Of a stretch of 5,171 bases of DNA, positions 4,918-5,171 are shown piece after piece (the stretch's first letter is position 1; each line of letters begins with the position of its first letter). Under the pieces are notes generated by a model that had not been told where the DNA came from, made no database searches, and was given only the letters and a program-made list of their open reading frames with translations. The translations under genes were made by a program, and so were the position numbers. The stretch lies in the IMG/VR virus record IMGVR_UViG_2602041644_000005; one strand, 5' to 3'. This stretch comes from a virus. Taxonomy: Duplodnaviria; Heunggongvirae; Uroviricota; Caudoviricetes.

Positions 4918-4965
4918 GGAGAAACCAACCGACCTTGCAGGGTCGATATGATGAGGAGCAGCAAA

Positions 4966-5171
4966 ATGGCTAGCGAACGCAGTACTGATGTGCAGGCATT
5001 TATCGGGGAGCTGGACGGCGGCGTATTTGAAACCAAAATCGGCGCAGTTCTCAGTGAAGTCGCTTCCGGTGTGATGAACACGAAAACCAAAGGTAAGGTC
5101 TCGCTCAACCTGGAAATCGAACCGTTTGATGAGAACCGTGTGAAAATCAAACACAAACTCTCATATGTTCG
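4966..5171 (+). CDS. 5' end of a hypothetical phage early protein (open to window end)
   Basis: ATG at 4966 with GAGGAG 9 nt upstream; alternative in-frame ATGs at 4948 and 4951. Translation MASERSTDVQAFIGELDGGVFETKIGAVLSEVASGVMNTKTKGKVSLNLEIEPFDENRVKIKHKLSYV has no stops and ordinary enterobacterial composition. No family recognised. Confidence 0.7.
   Translation, partial: MASERSTDVQAFIGELDGGVFETKIGAVLSEVASGVMNTKTKGKVSLNLEIEPFDENRVKIKHKLSYV

Noticed and set aside
4750-5156. Minus-strand ORFs 4750-5154 and 4863-5156
   Set aside because: They are antisense to the well-supported plus gene starting at 4966 and to its structured leader. Their Cys/Arg/Ser-rich composition is typical of antisense frames.
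1-5171. CRISPR array, tRNA or rRNA genes, transposase or IS terminal inverted repeats, integrase or att site
   Set aside because: There is no regularly spaced repeat-spacer array (repeats occur at most twice), no cloverleaf-like conserved tRNA features, and no transposase- or integrase-sized ORF. The window appears to lie entirely within the prophage interior.

Overview
This window reads as the immunity/early-regulatory region of a lambdoid-type prophage, with two AT-rich accessory ('moron') genes inserted into it. Minus strand, right to left: a Cro-like HTH gene (1069-1332), then three tightly coupled early genes (483-1040/1151, 148-486, and a replication-initiator-like gene starting at 138 and running off the window). 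Plus strand: a CI-like repressor with an S24 (LexA-type) peptidase domain (1382/1439-2143), then an AT-rich orphan ParA/MinD-family ATPase (2314-3390) sitting where lambda carries rexAB, then a terminator. An operator-like dyad at 3609-3627 shares the CTACTT half-site with two operator repeats between cro and cI, suggesting an OL/OR pair about 2.2 kb apart. Further right, a boxA-like motif (3737-3750), an AT-rich minus-strand gene for a two-helix membrane protein (3903-4397, candidate superinfection-exclusion or abortive-infection factor), about 570 bp of structured non-coding DNA with an intrinsic terminator and a 20-bp long-range RNA helix, and the 5' end of a plus-strand gene (4966 onward). 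The most likely novel element is the ParA-like ATPase, alone or with the convergent membrane protein. No tRNA, rRNA, CRISPR array or transposase was seen. All family assignments come from reading motifs by eye; no database search, folding or exact composition calculation was possible.
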